Shown one piece after another: positions 1-11,865 of a DNA stretch of 64,000 bases. The notes under the pieces are model-generated. The model was not told where the DNA came from. It made no database searches and saw only the letters and a program-made list of their open reading frames with translations. Within the stretch, counting starts at the first letter, position 1. The number at the start of each line of letters is the position of its first letter. The DNA comes from Tubiluchus corallicola (Eukaryota; Animalia; Priapulida). Both the position numbers and the translations under genes were made by a program. The stretch covers positions 193,933-257,932 of the forward strand of contig JAQGDQ010000146.1 of the NCBI GenBank assembly GCA_030141605.1, in the 5' to 3' direction.

Positions 1-129
1 AACTTCCCTTAGCGATTGTTGAAAGTACGAAACATTTGACAGAATCTTGCCTGCAATGAAACTTTGCAACAACCAAGGGAAAGTGCTGGATTCCATTCTG
101 TGTTGACAGAAGCTTCCTGTCCCTGAGAT

Positions 130-800
130 TATATATATATAAATTTTAACTTGCTAAAATTTTTAACTCGTTACAATTTAGTTTAAACATAATTTATTAT
201 AGGATTGAATCAGACAGTTTAAAAAACATGATTCAGGATCCTCACCGCAACAAACTATATACACTATTAAGAAAAACATTTACAGTAAGCATTGACTCTA
301 TCAACACAAGCTTAACAAGTTTTACTACAAGAATACATTAGCTATTAGTACCAAATGACGGTTAAGAAATATTAATTTACGAATATTTAAAACTGACGCA
401 TTCATATCAGATAGAAACTACTGAAAGCGCTTAGTACGAAATGTAAAGTTATGTATACATTGGAATATTTTACAGTTAACAACATAATTAAATTCTTCGT
501 TTCCAAACAAGAACAACTTCAACAGTTCATTAGTTTCTAATGCAGCTATATTAAGGTTTTCAGGCAGCAGTATTTCGTTCAGTTTATCAAACATAACAGC
601 CCTAGTTTGTTGATACAATAGGCAGTGCAAGAAGAAGTGCTCAAACAGACTCAAATCGACAATACTGGATGACCGTTATTATGTTTACAGCGTGTAGAGA
701 AAAGGTCATAGTTTAGCTGAGAAAATCCGATTCTCATGCACGTATGATGCACTGATATTGGAGGTTCATCAAATGATAAATGCTTCTTACGCAACGAAAA
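130..800 (-). mobile_element. Decayed CR1/L2-group LINE 3' end
   Basis: Minus-strand remnants HTCMRIGFSQLNYDLF and EHFFLHCLLY...LFGN...N.KIF...TKRF resemble the Cys/His C-terminus of CR1-group ORF2; frameshifted. Confidence 0.7.
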
Positions 801-1272
801 ACTTAAATGAGTTTGAGCCATCAGTGTAATCTTCAGCCATCAATCAATGAAGACTAGCCTATTCCCTATAAGACTAAAGGAGTAAAAGGAAAAAAAACAA
901 ACTTAGGTCAGGTATCTCTGGGCGTATGACCTTGTATGGGAATGAAATAAGTGATAGGTTTACCCGTAGTAAATAAAAACTGCACAGTAGGGTAGTGATG
1001 CTAAAATAAATTTGCTAAAACGGGACATCACCATAATCATAGAATCACTTCCTGTGTACAAATGTTGAAGACGATTTAATAGTTCACTTTTCAATTTCAA
1101 TGAGCGTACCTGTATATGAGACCAAAATCACATCAATTATTGCATAAAAACACGATATCTAAACCAAAATCGATTAAAACAGTTTTAAACGAACAATTGC
1201 TCATTATTGTTGGAAGCCATACTCCTCAACTACTGCAATATTAACTAAAGATCCAGTAATGTTTTGTTTCAG

Positions 1273-1507
1273 ACATTCCACATCCCTATTACTTTAAAGG
1301 ATTGCCTGGCCCTCCTAGTTCCGATGCGCTACCTGACATTAGTTGGAGAGTGGGCATCGCATTTCAAGACCTAGGACGGCCAGGACCTGCTGGAGGTTCA
1401 GGTGGTTCTCCCGTCGACAAAAAAACTAACATTGTTAGTTCTACTACCCAACTTGCTTCTATAAAGAACTTTCCAGAATGTTGGCTGTGGGTTCACACTA
1501 CGGCTGG
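1273..1507 (+). CDS. TEP exon: Pro/Gly-rich bait-like variable region plus FPECWLW
   Basis: ttcag acceptor, gtgag donor; [16 protein letters not shown]...[16 protein letters not shown]. Confidence 0.88.
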
Positions 1508-4500
1508 GTGAGAGGACGTATTTATCTTCTTTGCATAGAGCCTCAGATGCAGAGAAAAGTATATGGTTTTATGCATGCTCTCTAGTGATTCGAGTTCGAA
1601 TTTAGCTAAAACGTGCGAGATATAGTCCTGCTAGTCCTGGTGGAAAACATAAGGTTTGTTCTGTCTAGAGTGCAGAATTTTCTTGCCTAAATGGTTGGAT
1701 TTCGCTTTATACACTGACGTAAATTCGAAGTGCTAGTCGCCGCCTTCGAATCTTTGCACCACATAGGTTTAACTTGGTTTATGCTTCAAAGTAAATCCCT
1801 TCTGTTCAGGGGTTTTTGTGCCCCTCGTCAGTCTTCTTTTGTGTCTTGTAAGATCATGTTTATAGCTTAGTGGTAGTTCTTGTGATCAAAATTTTCGTCG
1901 TTTTTTCCTGACTGGTTTTATATTTCACACTAATCTGTCTTCCTGGGTTAAAATTCTCGGACAAGCTATAGTTCATGGAAATTCCTTCCAAATCTTTGAA
2001 AATACTAAATAACATTTATTTTTAGTGTGTAATCTATGTGTATGCGTGTTATGTTTGTTGGCCTCTCTGATACATTATTAATTTATTTATTTTGTCATTT
2101 ATACATATATTAAAATTGTATAAAAGAAAGAATAAGTAGGCGCATGCGCACTTACGCTGATCCTATAAGTCATAAAAAATGCTCAAAGATAAAACAATTC
2201 CATAAAATTTAATATCTCTCATTAAAAAGCTCCTAACAAATTTGCCTAAATATGAATTATATACCATATACAACACGTTTTATACAATAATACGATTCGG
2301 AGAGAGCCATTTACGCCAATGACAATGTTAAATGTTTCGGATAAAGTTGCAATAGGGCAGTAAATGAACGTTAGCTAGTCTTTTAGTGAATTTATTTAAT
2401 TCCGTTTATTTAATTACTAATAGTAGATTAAATAAATGGTTTGCTTACTAACACATCACATTGTCTGTTTAAACTAATGGAAAAATTATTGTATTGCGAT
2501 ACATACAAATTATAACTTTTGAATGCTCTAATTATAATTTAGCATGGCCAATTTGTGTCTGCTTACGTACGTCAAATGCCAATTCATGTTTATGTTCATC
2601 GTGTTTTCGAAAAAAGCACATACTAAAGTTTTTGCTTTTAACATGAATTTAATTAAATCTTGATAGATTTTAAGTCAAAATTTAAGAAGAAGCTTATTTA
2701 ATTTTTCGTGATTTTACAAAATACGACAATTGTTAACAAATTACTAGTGGTGCTACTTTCAACAATAATAGTTGTTTTTATGACCTTAGCTCTAACGGCT
2801 CTAGAACAATCAGCACAATCGTTCCTGATACACTTACGTCATGGATTGCTAGTGCATTTGCAATAAGCGATACGTGTGGCTTGGGAATTGTAGAAGAAAC
2901 AGCTAAGGTGCGTTTATTACTAATTGCAATAACTCAGTTCAAAATAAATTCTCCATTTATTTGTATATAGTTTTATCTTAAAAGCAATTAATGGCTAAAC
3001 ATGTAAAACTAGTCAAGAATGCGAAGCATCGGGTTATTCGCTTATTGATGATTTTTCTGTCCAACTGCCTGGATACGTCATTCAGAACACCATTTATCGT
3101 TGGCAAGGATCAGTTTTTTACAAAAATGTAAAATACAGAGTAACTTTATCGCGACGTCATTGCACGAACAACAAGAAGAACGAAGATGACAACAACATCA
3201 TAGTGTTGATGACATTATACAGTTACTTCGTGAATAACCCAAAAATTAGTTTTAACATGCGCATATATACATCATATATATATAGACCCAAAATCATTTA
3301 AAACGTAAGGTACTTTACTCTCATTACAGTGTTTATGGTCTTTTTTCTCGCAACTAGTTTATTCTTGGAATTACTGCCTATATGTATGCTTTATGTGTAT
3401 CCACTATATGGATGTAAATATATGTGTGTGTGTATCATTGAACCGTCGAAGCCATTCCATCCCAGCTATTTTATAGTTGCTACGAAAGGCTGATATGCAA
3501 TGGCTTCGTAAAGGATGAAACTATCGCAATGTAGAGGGGGAGGGTCGAAGGCGAAATGCCCTTTATTTTCGATCTTCCGCCTCTACATTGTGATACATAT
3601 ATATATCACAGTAATTTCAAGAATAAACCAGTTGGGAGAGAAAAGACTAATAAAGTATCTTATGTTTTAAATAATTTTGGGTACTAAATTGATATTCTAA
3701 GTTCTAGAGCCTACCCGGCTGCCCAATTAGCAATTAGTAGATGAGGAAAATGAAATTATCCTTATGTAAAGTGAGGTATTTGATTCTGATTCGGTTTAAA
3801 ACAAACAAAAAAAACCGGTTGTGATTTAATTCAGTTAAAATATCATTTTTGTATATTTTAGATTACAGTATCAAGATCATTTTTCATTCAAGTAGAACTT
3901 CCTAAATCTGAAATTCGTGGTGAGGACGTCTTTATCAGAGTTCTGGTGTTTAACTACCTAAACCATGACACAGACGTTTTGCTGACACTACACGGTGGTG
4001 GGGAAACGTTTGAACACGTTGGTGAAACGTTTGAACACGTTGGTGTGAACAGCTCTGCCAAGTTTGACAGCAGAAGCAAAACAATCAAGGTACTATACAC
4101 ATTACAAAAGGCATTTCTCAAACGTTCTTAACATTATTTTGTATCTCTAGTATTTTGTATTTTGTATGTCTAGTATCTCATTGAAGTTAAAATTGATATG
4201 TGTACTATAAATGTGTCAAATGGCTATTAATGTGTGATAACATTTATGTAGGCACCAGCTGGAGAACCAACTGCTGTTTTCTTTGGAATCAAACCTCTAG
4301 TTATTGGAGAAATACAACTGAAAATTAGCGGACAAACTAAAACGGCGTCTGACACTGTTATAAAGAATCTTCAAGTGAAGGTACAATCTAGTTCTTATTT
4401 TGATTTTTATTCGGATTTGTTGGTATAGTTAGTGTTAATACATAGACAACGCAGTTCACATCAGTTAATCTTAATCAGAATAAAGAATCAGCTTTTTCAT

Positions 4501-7500
4501 TTCAGCCTGAGGGAGTCACTCACTATTTCAATGAAGCTCACTTTGTAGATCTCACGCAAGAAAATTGCGTCACAGTTAGGACTAAAATACCATGGCCTGT
4601 TGACATCGTTGAAGGTTCTGAGCGATTGGAAGTGTCCATTATAGGAGATTTGATGGGACCTTCAATAAAGAATTTAGACAAGTTGATTCGTATGCCGACA
4701 GGATGCGGTGAACAGAATATGATCAAGTTTGCTCCCAATATCTTCGTATCCAATTACCTCATAGCTGTTGATGAGTACACTCCCGATATTCAAACTAAAA
4801 CCAAAAAATTTATGGATAGAGGTAAGCTATTAAGATTTGTCCAGTTTTTAGCACATGTAGGTTTTAAAATTATTTCTTATAATAGCTAAGAGTAGCATTG
4901 TTTTGAGTTATCACTTGGCTTGTTCAAAATTTTTGTTTTTGTTTATTATTCGATTTACTTAATGCTATAACTCGCTAAGAGAATTAGTTGCATTCATTTA
5001 CAAATAATATTGCGTTTTTAAAGGGTATCAACGACAGCTTAAATACCAAAGAAAAGATGGATCATTTAGTGCGTTTGGTAATAGAGATGATTATGGAAGC
5101 ATATGGTAAGTGCAAGCAGTAGAGGACCTGTTAAACTATGTTAAAAGCATTAGATTTTGATAGACAATTATGTTGATGAATGCTGGCATGAAGCCCAGTT
5201 AACGAGTGGTGTCACGAGAGCAAGTGATTCAGAATGGAAGCACAGGCGTCGAAGCTCGGCACACGATATATAAGCCTTGTGATGCGCCCAGCTCAGGGCA
5301 TTGAGTCTGAAGGAGAGCAGACTAGATCAGGGGGCTTGTCATTACTATCTGTTGCATTTATTGTTTGATGTTCAATAAACGTGTAGTTTTATTATCTGAC
5401 TCTTCGTAGTTTTGCCACCCCTAAAACATCAATAATCAGCTTCACGCAACCAATACAACGAATTATTTTACTCAAACAAGAACAAAGACTTGATGATTCT
5501 TTACATTGTTTTGTGAAACTTTATATCTTGTTTAAAGCTAAGAATATTGTGCAAAATTCACTTCATGCAAGGAAAGCCCAGGAAAGTGTGATTATTGCAA
5601 GGCTTACCATCATACACATTATGTTAAATGCACCACAGGTTTGGACATTTTGCAGATAAACACCAGATGTATAATAAGGTTCATAATATTATAGGTTGTT
5701 TGTATTACAAAAATGGTTGAATACCAATGTTGTTAAAAGATTTAGCAATAACATGCCTTGCATTTCTTTGAACTGCAAAATGGCAATTCGAAAATAGAAA
5801 CCAGTTAACATTACATAACATAATACACAACAGGTTATAATGCTGACAATGAAGTTTATTATTTGAGCAGATAATATTTGAAGTTCTCATGGTCTACTAT
5901 TTCCAGTCTACAGAACAGTTATTACAGTCTACAGAATTAGTTTGAATTGCTGATTTCTGCTATTTATGCTGATGTTAAAATTGGTGCTACATACAGGTTA
6001 ACAGAAGCGGTGCTGACAATGCACTGGCGTAGCAGTGTCTAGTTTTTTTTTGCTGGATTACTGCTGCGTTTACCTGTCTGAAGGCAGATTTCTTTTATTT
6101 TAGAATTCTGCCTGTCCAATGTCTACAATAGACGTGACGGGTGTATAATGATGATGACTACATACGTGTGCTCATCGAATAGCATTTTTTAATAGTTTGC
6201 CTTACTGTAGTTAACACGTTTTTTCACAAATAAGAGTAGCGTTACACTGAAATTGGGTGTTCCAGAATCATTTTTATTTTCTTAGGTTGACAGCATTTGT
6301 TGCTAAATCGTTCTCTCAAGCTGACAAGTATCTCTTCATTGATCCTAATGTTATGACCAGAACAGTATCATGGCTGGTTAAACATCAGCAAGCAGATGGA
6401 GCATTTAAGGAAGTGGGAGGTCGTGTGATACACAAAGAGATGCAGGTAATATACGTAAATATTGTTTGCTCTCTGAGTGAATGTGTGCTTCCAGCAAGCT
6501 ATATGGCACCGGGCTTTCATATCAAAAACTTCAAACTCTGTTGACAGAATATACAATTCTGAAAGTACAGTGGTTCTTAGTATTGAGTAACTTCTGCCTT
6601 TACATATGTCGTTTTTCGATTTTTGTATAATGTTGATACCATTTTTGTTATAGGGCAAAGCTAGCAAAGGAATTGCTCTTTCTGCGTACACTCTTATATC
6701 ATTGTTAGAAGTTGATAAAAACATGCAACATGAGGTAACTTTTTAATCGTATAATTTACTGCATCTGCGAATGTTGTTGATGAAGTTGCACATTAATTTA
6801 TCTTGTAATTGAATGTACCTTATATAAAACAAGTATGAAATATTTCCTTTTCACTATAAAATTACAATTTAAATTCAATTGTATAGGGTATTGCCAAGAT
6901 AGATGTTTCTGGTCTTAAAGATGCAATCAGAAGGGCTGCTGACTATTTAGCTTCAAAGGTCGACACATTGGAAACACCATATGATTTAGCGCTTGTGAAT
7001 TATGCATTTACATTAATGGATCATGAAAATGCTACTATTACACACAGGAAATTTGACGACCTTGCCATAACTGAAGGTATGATCCAGAGCTCATAACGTA
7101 ATAATGTTTAAGAGCAGTTTACTAGATAAATTTCTTTTATGTAGAGTAGTTTTGGTTTTTACTCTGATTTGCAGATAAGAAGATTATTAAATTAATTGGT
7201 ACATGAATAAGGTGATTAATTATTAGTTGACTCTATGTGTCTATCTGCACAACTATGTTACAATAAAATCAAAACTGGGGAAATTATAATAACCAAACTT
7301 GACAGGAATATGTCTGACCAAGACCTGAAGACCAACTGCTTTTTGGTTTAAAAGGTCGAAGCCCAGGTTCACAAGGTCAAAAACTCAAAATGAATTTTTA
7401 ATCGGAGTGACTTCATGTAAGGGCATCTGTCCTTCTTATCAATGTTCTCTATCTATGAAGATAGATTCTTTAAAGCTAGACATTAAAATTGGCATAGATA

Positions 7501-10459
7501 GGCAAGTATTAGCTTTTGCTTTAAATGGTACTCAAGAATAAACACAAACAAATTGGCTGAAAATAAGTTACCGTATTTGTGTACTAGCGCTAAACTTAAT
7601 TTCACACAGATGATAAGAAGTACTGGATGAACCCACAAGAAGAGAAAAAGCCATCTAGATATTACAAGCACCACAATCACAAGTCTGTGGATATTGAGAT
7701 GACTGCTTATGGTCTCCTCGCGTACTTAGCCAATGATAATCCAGTGGACGCTATTCCAGTTATGAAATGGTTAGTTAGCCAGAGGAATTCTTTGGGCGGA
7801 TTTTCTTCAACACAGGTATGCATATGTATTATGTAATAGAATAGGCTACTTAGTCTGTGATGTGTACTGGAAAGCTAACACGCATTTCTCAATATGCAAT
7901 GCAAATAGTATATTTTAAGATACAGATTATTAACCTAATATTTTAATGTAGTTTGTACCTTCTATGGACACACTTTTATGGTGTATTTTGTAGTAAGTTA
8001 AACAGTAATATGTTATTTTAATTAATGCATTATGGTGCCCTGTGTTAATATAAAACAGAAGTCTATGCAGTCTTATAGTTACAAATTCTGCTAATTTGAT
8101 TTTTTGAATTTTCTCTAGGATACAATAATTGGTTTGCAAGCTCTGTCCGAGTTTGGAGAAAAAACACAGTCACCAGACACAGACATCGAGATAGATATTA
8201 CTGCTGGGTCTACTCATAATAAATTTGTTGTCAAGGCAGAAGATGCTGATGTACTACAAGAGTGGGTGGTAAGTAAATTGAAATCATCTAATATTTTTGC
8301 TTATAGTTTTTGTGTAAAAACTCTTATTCAGTGATGATTTAATCGATGAATGCTACATGTAACAATTGTGCACTCACTTTAGGTTGGCAGTCCTGAGCAA
8401 ATAGTTTCTTTCACAGCTTGTGGAACTGGTACCAGTTTAGTGCAGGTGTCATGGCAATACAACGAATTTTTAGATGATTTACCACCAGCGTATAATATAT
8501 CATCAAAAGGGTGGAGTTCAGATGAAAATATAATAGTTGTAGAAATTTGTTCCAGGTATGGACTGTTATTGTTAAATTATTGCGTAAACACTTTTCATTT
8601 ATTGTACTCTTTCAAGATACTATAGGTTAGTTATCGTTTTGTTCTTTATAGGGCGCTGATTACATTAAAGTTTTATTCCTTAATGTTTTTCAAAGTTTAG
8701 TTGTTCTACTTACAACCGTTTTCACGTAGCTTAATCCTTTTCATAGATATCTGAATGACGGTCCAAGCGGTATGTCTGTGGCAGAAATTCAGTTGCCGTC
8801 TGGCTTCAAAGTTGATGAAGATCAGCTCAACGAATTGACGCAGTTAAGAGATTTACAAATGGTCGAGCCTACTGACGAAGGCAGTGCAGTCAATATTTAT
8901 TATAATCAGGTATGTTTGACAGATTTCCAGAATGAAACTTGGGTAAACGAGTCAGAAAATTGGAAGGAAAAAGAAAAATGTTGTGGAGATCGCTGGCATC
9001 TATTAGAATTACATAGAACATTGTAGAATGTTCCGTTAGAATAATCGTCCTACTGTATAGAATGTTCTGGAACAAAACTTCTAGAAGCTTCTCGGGCATG
9101 CTATACAAGGCCAAGCAGGCACACAGATTCACACGGATGCCACTTACACATTCTCTTGTATACTTACATTTTCAGATACACTCAGACGTTTTCCAGATTT
9201 TCACATTCAGTGTAATCATTTCGTGTTCCTTCATACTTTTGTGTTGTAGAATTCTCGCTTAATAAACTAGTTTAATTTAACGGCGTGTTTCCTGGTTTTC
9301 TCTACGAGCCTTCTGAGAGAAACAAAACACAACAGAAAACATAGGATGCATTTTTTCAGCTAGTTACTGTAGTTACTGAGTACAAGGCTTTACTGATGAT
9401 TTTAGTAAACAGCATGACAGAAATATAAAGTTTTGTCATAGATAGTCAGTAATATGGCTGTGCCTTTTCACTAAGTTTTCAAACTATTTACTTAATTTGC
9501 AGATTCCTAATGATGAGGACACCTGCGCAAAAGTGCATGCAAATAGATTAGTTATTGTAGATCACTTAAAAGATAGTCCAGCTCGAGTTTATTCTTATTA
9601 TAACACTGGTGAGTAAACTGCATTAATGTTTCCCTACATTTTATAGTGATATAGATCTAATTACATTTACGTAATATAAAGCTAACATGTGGTAAATGTA
9701 ACATTCCACTGTGAAATGAACGTAATTTTACGGTGAAATTATAACATAACATTTACACACTTATTCAATAGACATTGGCTGATAAAAAAAATCCTACACG
9801 TTTTAAAACGAGTACTTTACAATCATTCTAGCTGTCAAATAGGATCTTAATAAATAAAAATATAAACTTTCTATAAAGGCTAAGTTATGAAACGTCTTTT
9901 CGACAATGTTTGCGTCTGTAAGGGATATTATCAGAACAAACTATTAATTATTTTAAAAGTAACAAACTATGCAATGTGAAAGAGGAGTACAAATCTTTTA
10001 TTGTGCACTCACTTTCTCTGTTGTCAGCAGGCTGTTAAATTTAGTGGTCAAGGATGTTGGGCTTGTCATTCAAAGAGTCCCAAAAGCTGCTGATTCAAGT
10101 ACAAGCAGAGAACTCATTAGTCTGAATGGCACCTTTACTCCAGGATATTTGGCATTTTCTTCTTTTTGGTCAATTAATGGTTCATTCATAATTGACAAAT
10201 GATCTCTTGAAATTAAAATGGTGTGTACAAATAATATTTCGTATTTTTCACTTCTTCACCACCAGAAAATTTTTCATAAATAGCCTGTAACTCTTCTCAT
10301 AAGTTTGTATTTATAACGAATCAAAGAATGACTCATCTCGTGGTTTCCTTTTCAGAGGAACAGGCCATGACGCAGTACAGAATCGACAATTTACATGTTC
10401 CTGTACCAGTAGATGACACAGAAGAAGAAGCAGTGTCTCCTGATCCTTGCTACTTTTAA
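1273..10459 (+). CDS. Thioester-containing protein (A2M/CD109/TEP family), 3' part, 15 coding exons; N-terminus lies upstream of the window
   Basis: Exons 1273-1507, 2790-2907, 3862-4089, 4252-4380, 4506-4821, 5024-5105, 6286-6445, 6654-6734, 6887-7076, 7610-7815, 8119-8268, 8383-8555, 8747-8909, 9503-9608, 10356-10459, all AG/GT bounded with continuous phase (about 813 codons). Family motifs [89 protein letters not shown]. Confidence 0.95.
2790..2907 (+). CDS. TEP exon (MG6/A2M domain)
   Basis: [39 protein letters not shown]; cttag/gtgcgt. Confidence 0.93.
3286..3682. mobile_element. Fold-back/MITE-like element with nested hairpins
   Basis: Inverted arms acccaaaatcatttaaaacgtaag...attcttggaattactg and cagtaatttcaagaat...ttttaaataattttgggt; inner hairpins 3448-3507 and 3522-3595. 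Confidence 0.7.
3862..4089 (+). CDS. TEP exon (MG7)
   Basis: [21 protein letters not shown]...VFNYL...SKTIK; tttag/gtacta. Confidence 0.92.
4252..4380 (+). CDS. TEP exon (MG7)
   Basis: [43 protein letters not shown]. Confidence 0.92.
4506..4821 (+). CDS. TEP exon containing the thioester motif GCGEQ (4701-4715)
   Basis: PEGVTHYF...[35 protein letters not shown]...MDRG; ttcag/gtaag. Confidence 0.97.
5024..5105 (+). CDS. TEP exon (thioester domain)
   Basis: [28 protein letters not shown]. Confidence 0.95.
5171..5434 (+). mobile_element. Solo LTR (family A)
   Basis: Ends tgttgatg...catcaata (degenerate TG..CA inverted ends), internal tatataag and aataaa, flanks atta/atca. Confidence 0.6.
6286..6445 (+). 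CDS. TEP exon with catalytic His (codon 6431-6433)
   Basis: [12 protein letters not shown]...[17 protein letters not shown]. Confidence 0.96.
6654..6734 (+). CDS. TEP exon (thioester domain)
   Basis: [27 protein letters not shown]. Confidence 0.92.
6887..7076 (+). CDS. TEP exon (thioester domain)
   Basis: [21 protein letters not shown]...[13 protein letters not shown]...LAITE. Confidence 0.92.
7610..7815 (+). CDS. TEP exon (thioester domain end)
   Basis: KYW...[15 protein letters not shown]...[17 protein letters not shown]. Confidence 0.96.
8119..8268 (+). CDS. TEP exon
   Basis: [12 protein letters not shown]...VLQEWV. Confidence 0.93.
8383..8555 (+). CDS. TEP exon
   Basis: [27 protein letters not shown]...VEICSR. 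Confidence 0.92.
8747..8909 (+). CDS. TEP exon (receptor-binding/MG8 domain)
   Basis: [20 protein letters not shown]...VNIYYNQ. Confidence 0.94.
8979..9334 (+). mobile_element. Solo LTR (family B, copy 1) in TEP intron
   Basis: TGTTGTG...CACAACA ends, AATAAA at 9261, near-identical to 11491-11865; flanks gaaaaa/gaaaa. Confidence 0.8.
9503..9608 (+). CDS. TEP exon (MG8)
   Basis: [35 protein letters not shown]; tgcag/gtgag. Confidence 0.9.
10356..10459 (+). CDS. TEP terminal coding exon
   Basis: Strong polypyrimidine acceptor tttccttttcag, correct phase; [34 protein letters not shown]-stop. Confidence 0.8.
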
Positions 10460-10790
10460 TAATATTTATTAGCAAAACGCAAAGCTTTGCTGAGAGTGAA
10501 TACATGTAATAAGTGATAAGGTAGCATAAATTCTGCTTGTTATTAGGGTGCACTAATAAGCCTGAAACGTTATTGTGAGAGATTGTACACTTTCCTAAGA
10601 AACAGTGCAGGCTATAACAGCATCACGTCTATAGACACTGGCATTACTATAAATACTGGCATTATGAAATGGAAATATATCACCATCATGAAGTGCTTTT
10701 ATAACTTTTACACTTCCTTACAATACCTTGATGTACTTATATGGAACGATGAAAATTTAATTGTGTGAATATTGCAGTTACTGGAGTGAC

Positions 10791-10796
10791 AATAAA
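10791..10796 (+). terminator. Candidate polyadenylation signal of the TEP gene
   Basis: First AATAAA seen downstream of the stop codon at 10459; a second at 10961. Confidence 0.45.
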
Positions 10797-11490
10797 TTAA
10801 CATTATTATTTTGGGCTTAATTAAACGGATTTACTTTATTTTTTCTTGCTTATTTGAAGGATTGAGATATTAAGTGAAAGTATTTAGATCTTGTATGTAA
10901 TGTTAAGATTCTCTGCTAATTTTGAGGCATACTTGTAATAATTGCTGCAAACATGCCGATAATAAAATTTTCAAGAATACTGGTATCGTATAAATATACA
11001 GCATTTTCAGCCTATACAATAGCTCCACTTGATGGCATATAATTCTAGTTTTGAACGGAAGAATTTACTTAAAAACAGGAGCGAAATGCAGCATCCGATT
11101 TCCGAAGCGCGAATTTATTTCTTTTCTTAATCAATATCTATAGGCATAAACTGAATATAATGCCTGTAGAATTTTCACTCAGACTTTGTACAGAAGTAGT
11201 TGTCAAGGTAACACTGAAATTCCAGTAGCTAGTTGACTGATTTTTTTAAACTGTTTCTTCACAACCACATAGACTCAGAAGACGACGTGTAGTGCATAAA
11301 ATCGCACAAATTTATCAAAAAAAGTTAATTTGAACCTCTTAATGACGGCTACTTTGCAAATTGGTTTGATCTGCCAACTTTACACTAGCATTTTACTAAC
11401 CAGCAAAAAAAAAGAAAAAACACGCATACCTAGAAATTCTCTATGCAGTCTAATTTCACAGAGAAAAATTTGCTGATTTTGGAAGTATAG

Positions 11491-11865
11491 TGTTGTGGAA
11501 ATTGCTGGCATCTATTAGAATTACATAGAACATTGTAGAATGTTCCGTTAGAATAATCGTCTTACTGTGTAGAATGTTCTGGAACAAAACTTCTAGAAGC
11601 TTTTCGGGCATGCTATATAAGGCGAAGCAGGCCGCTGAGACGGGAGCACATTCTCTTGTGGTCCGTAGACGAGAGGACGTATTCTCCTGTATACTTACAT
11701 TTTCAGATACACTCAAACGTTTTCCAGATTTTCACGTTTAGTGTAATCATTTCGTGTTCCTTCAAACTTTTGTGTTGTAGAATTCTCGCTTAATAATCTT
11801 GTTTAATTTGACGAAGCGTTTTCTGGTTTTCTCTACGAGCCTTCCGAGAGAAACAAAACACAACA
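11491..11865 (+). mobile_element. Solo LTR (family B, copy 2)
   Basis: TGTTGTG...CACAACA ends, ctatataag box; no PBS or internal domain follows. Confidence 0.8.

Noticed and set aside
1508-2789. Mutually exclusive variable exons of the TEP
   Set aside because: No duplicated FPExW-type exon or phase-compatible frames were recognised in this intron
10030-10202. Extra TEP exon from the 9969-10202 ORF
   Set aside because: Splicing from 9608 to the cag acceptors gives an immediate stop
8979-11865. Full-length LTR retrotransposon
   Set aside because: Interior holds host TEP exons; no PBS, PPT, gag/pol or shared outer TSD
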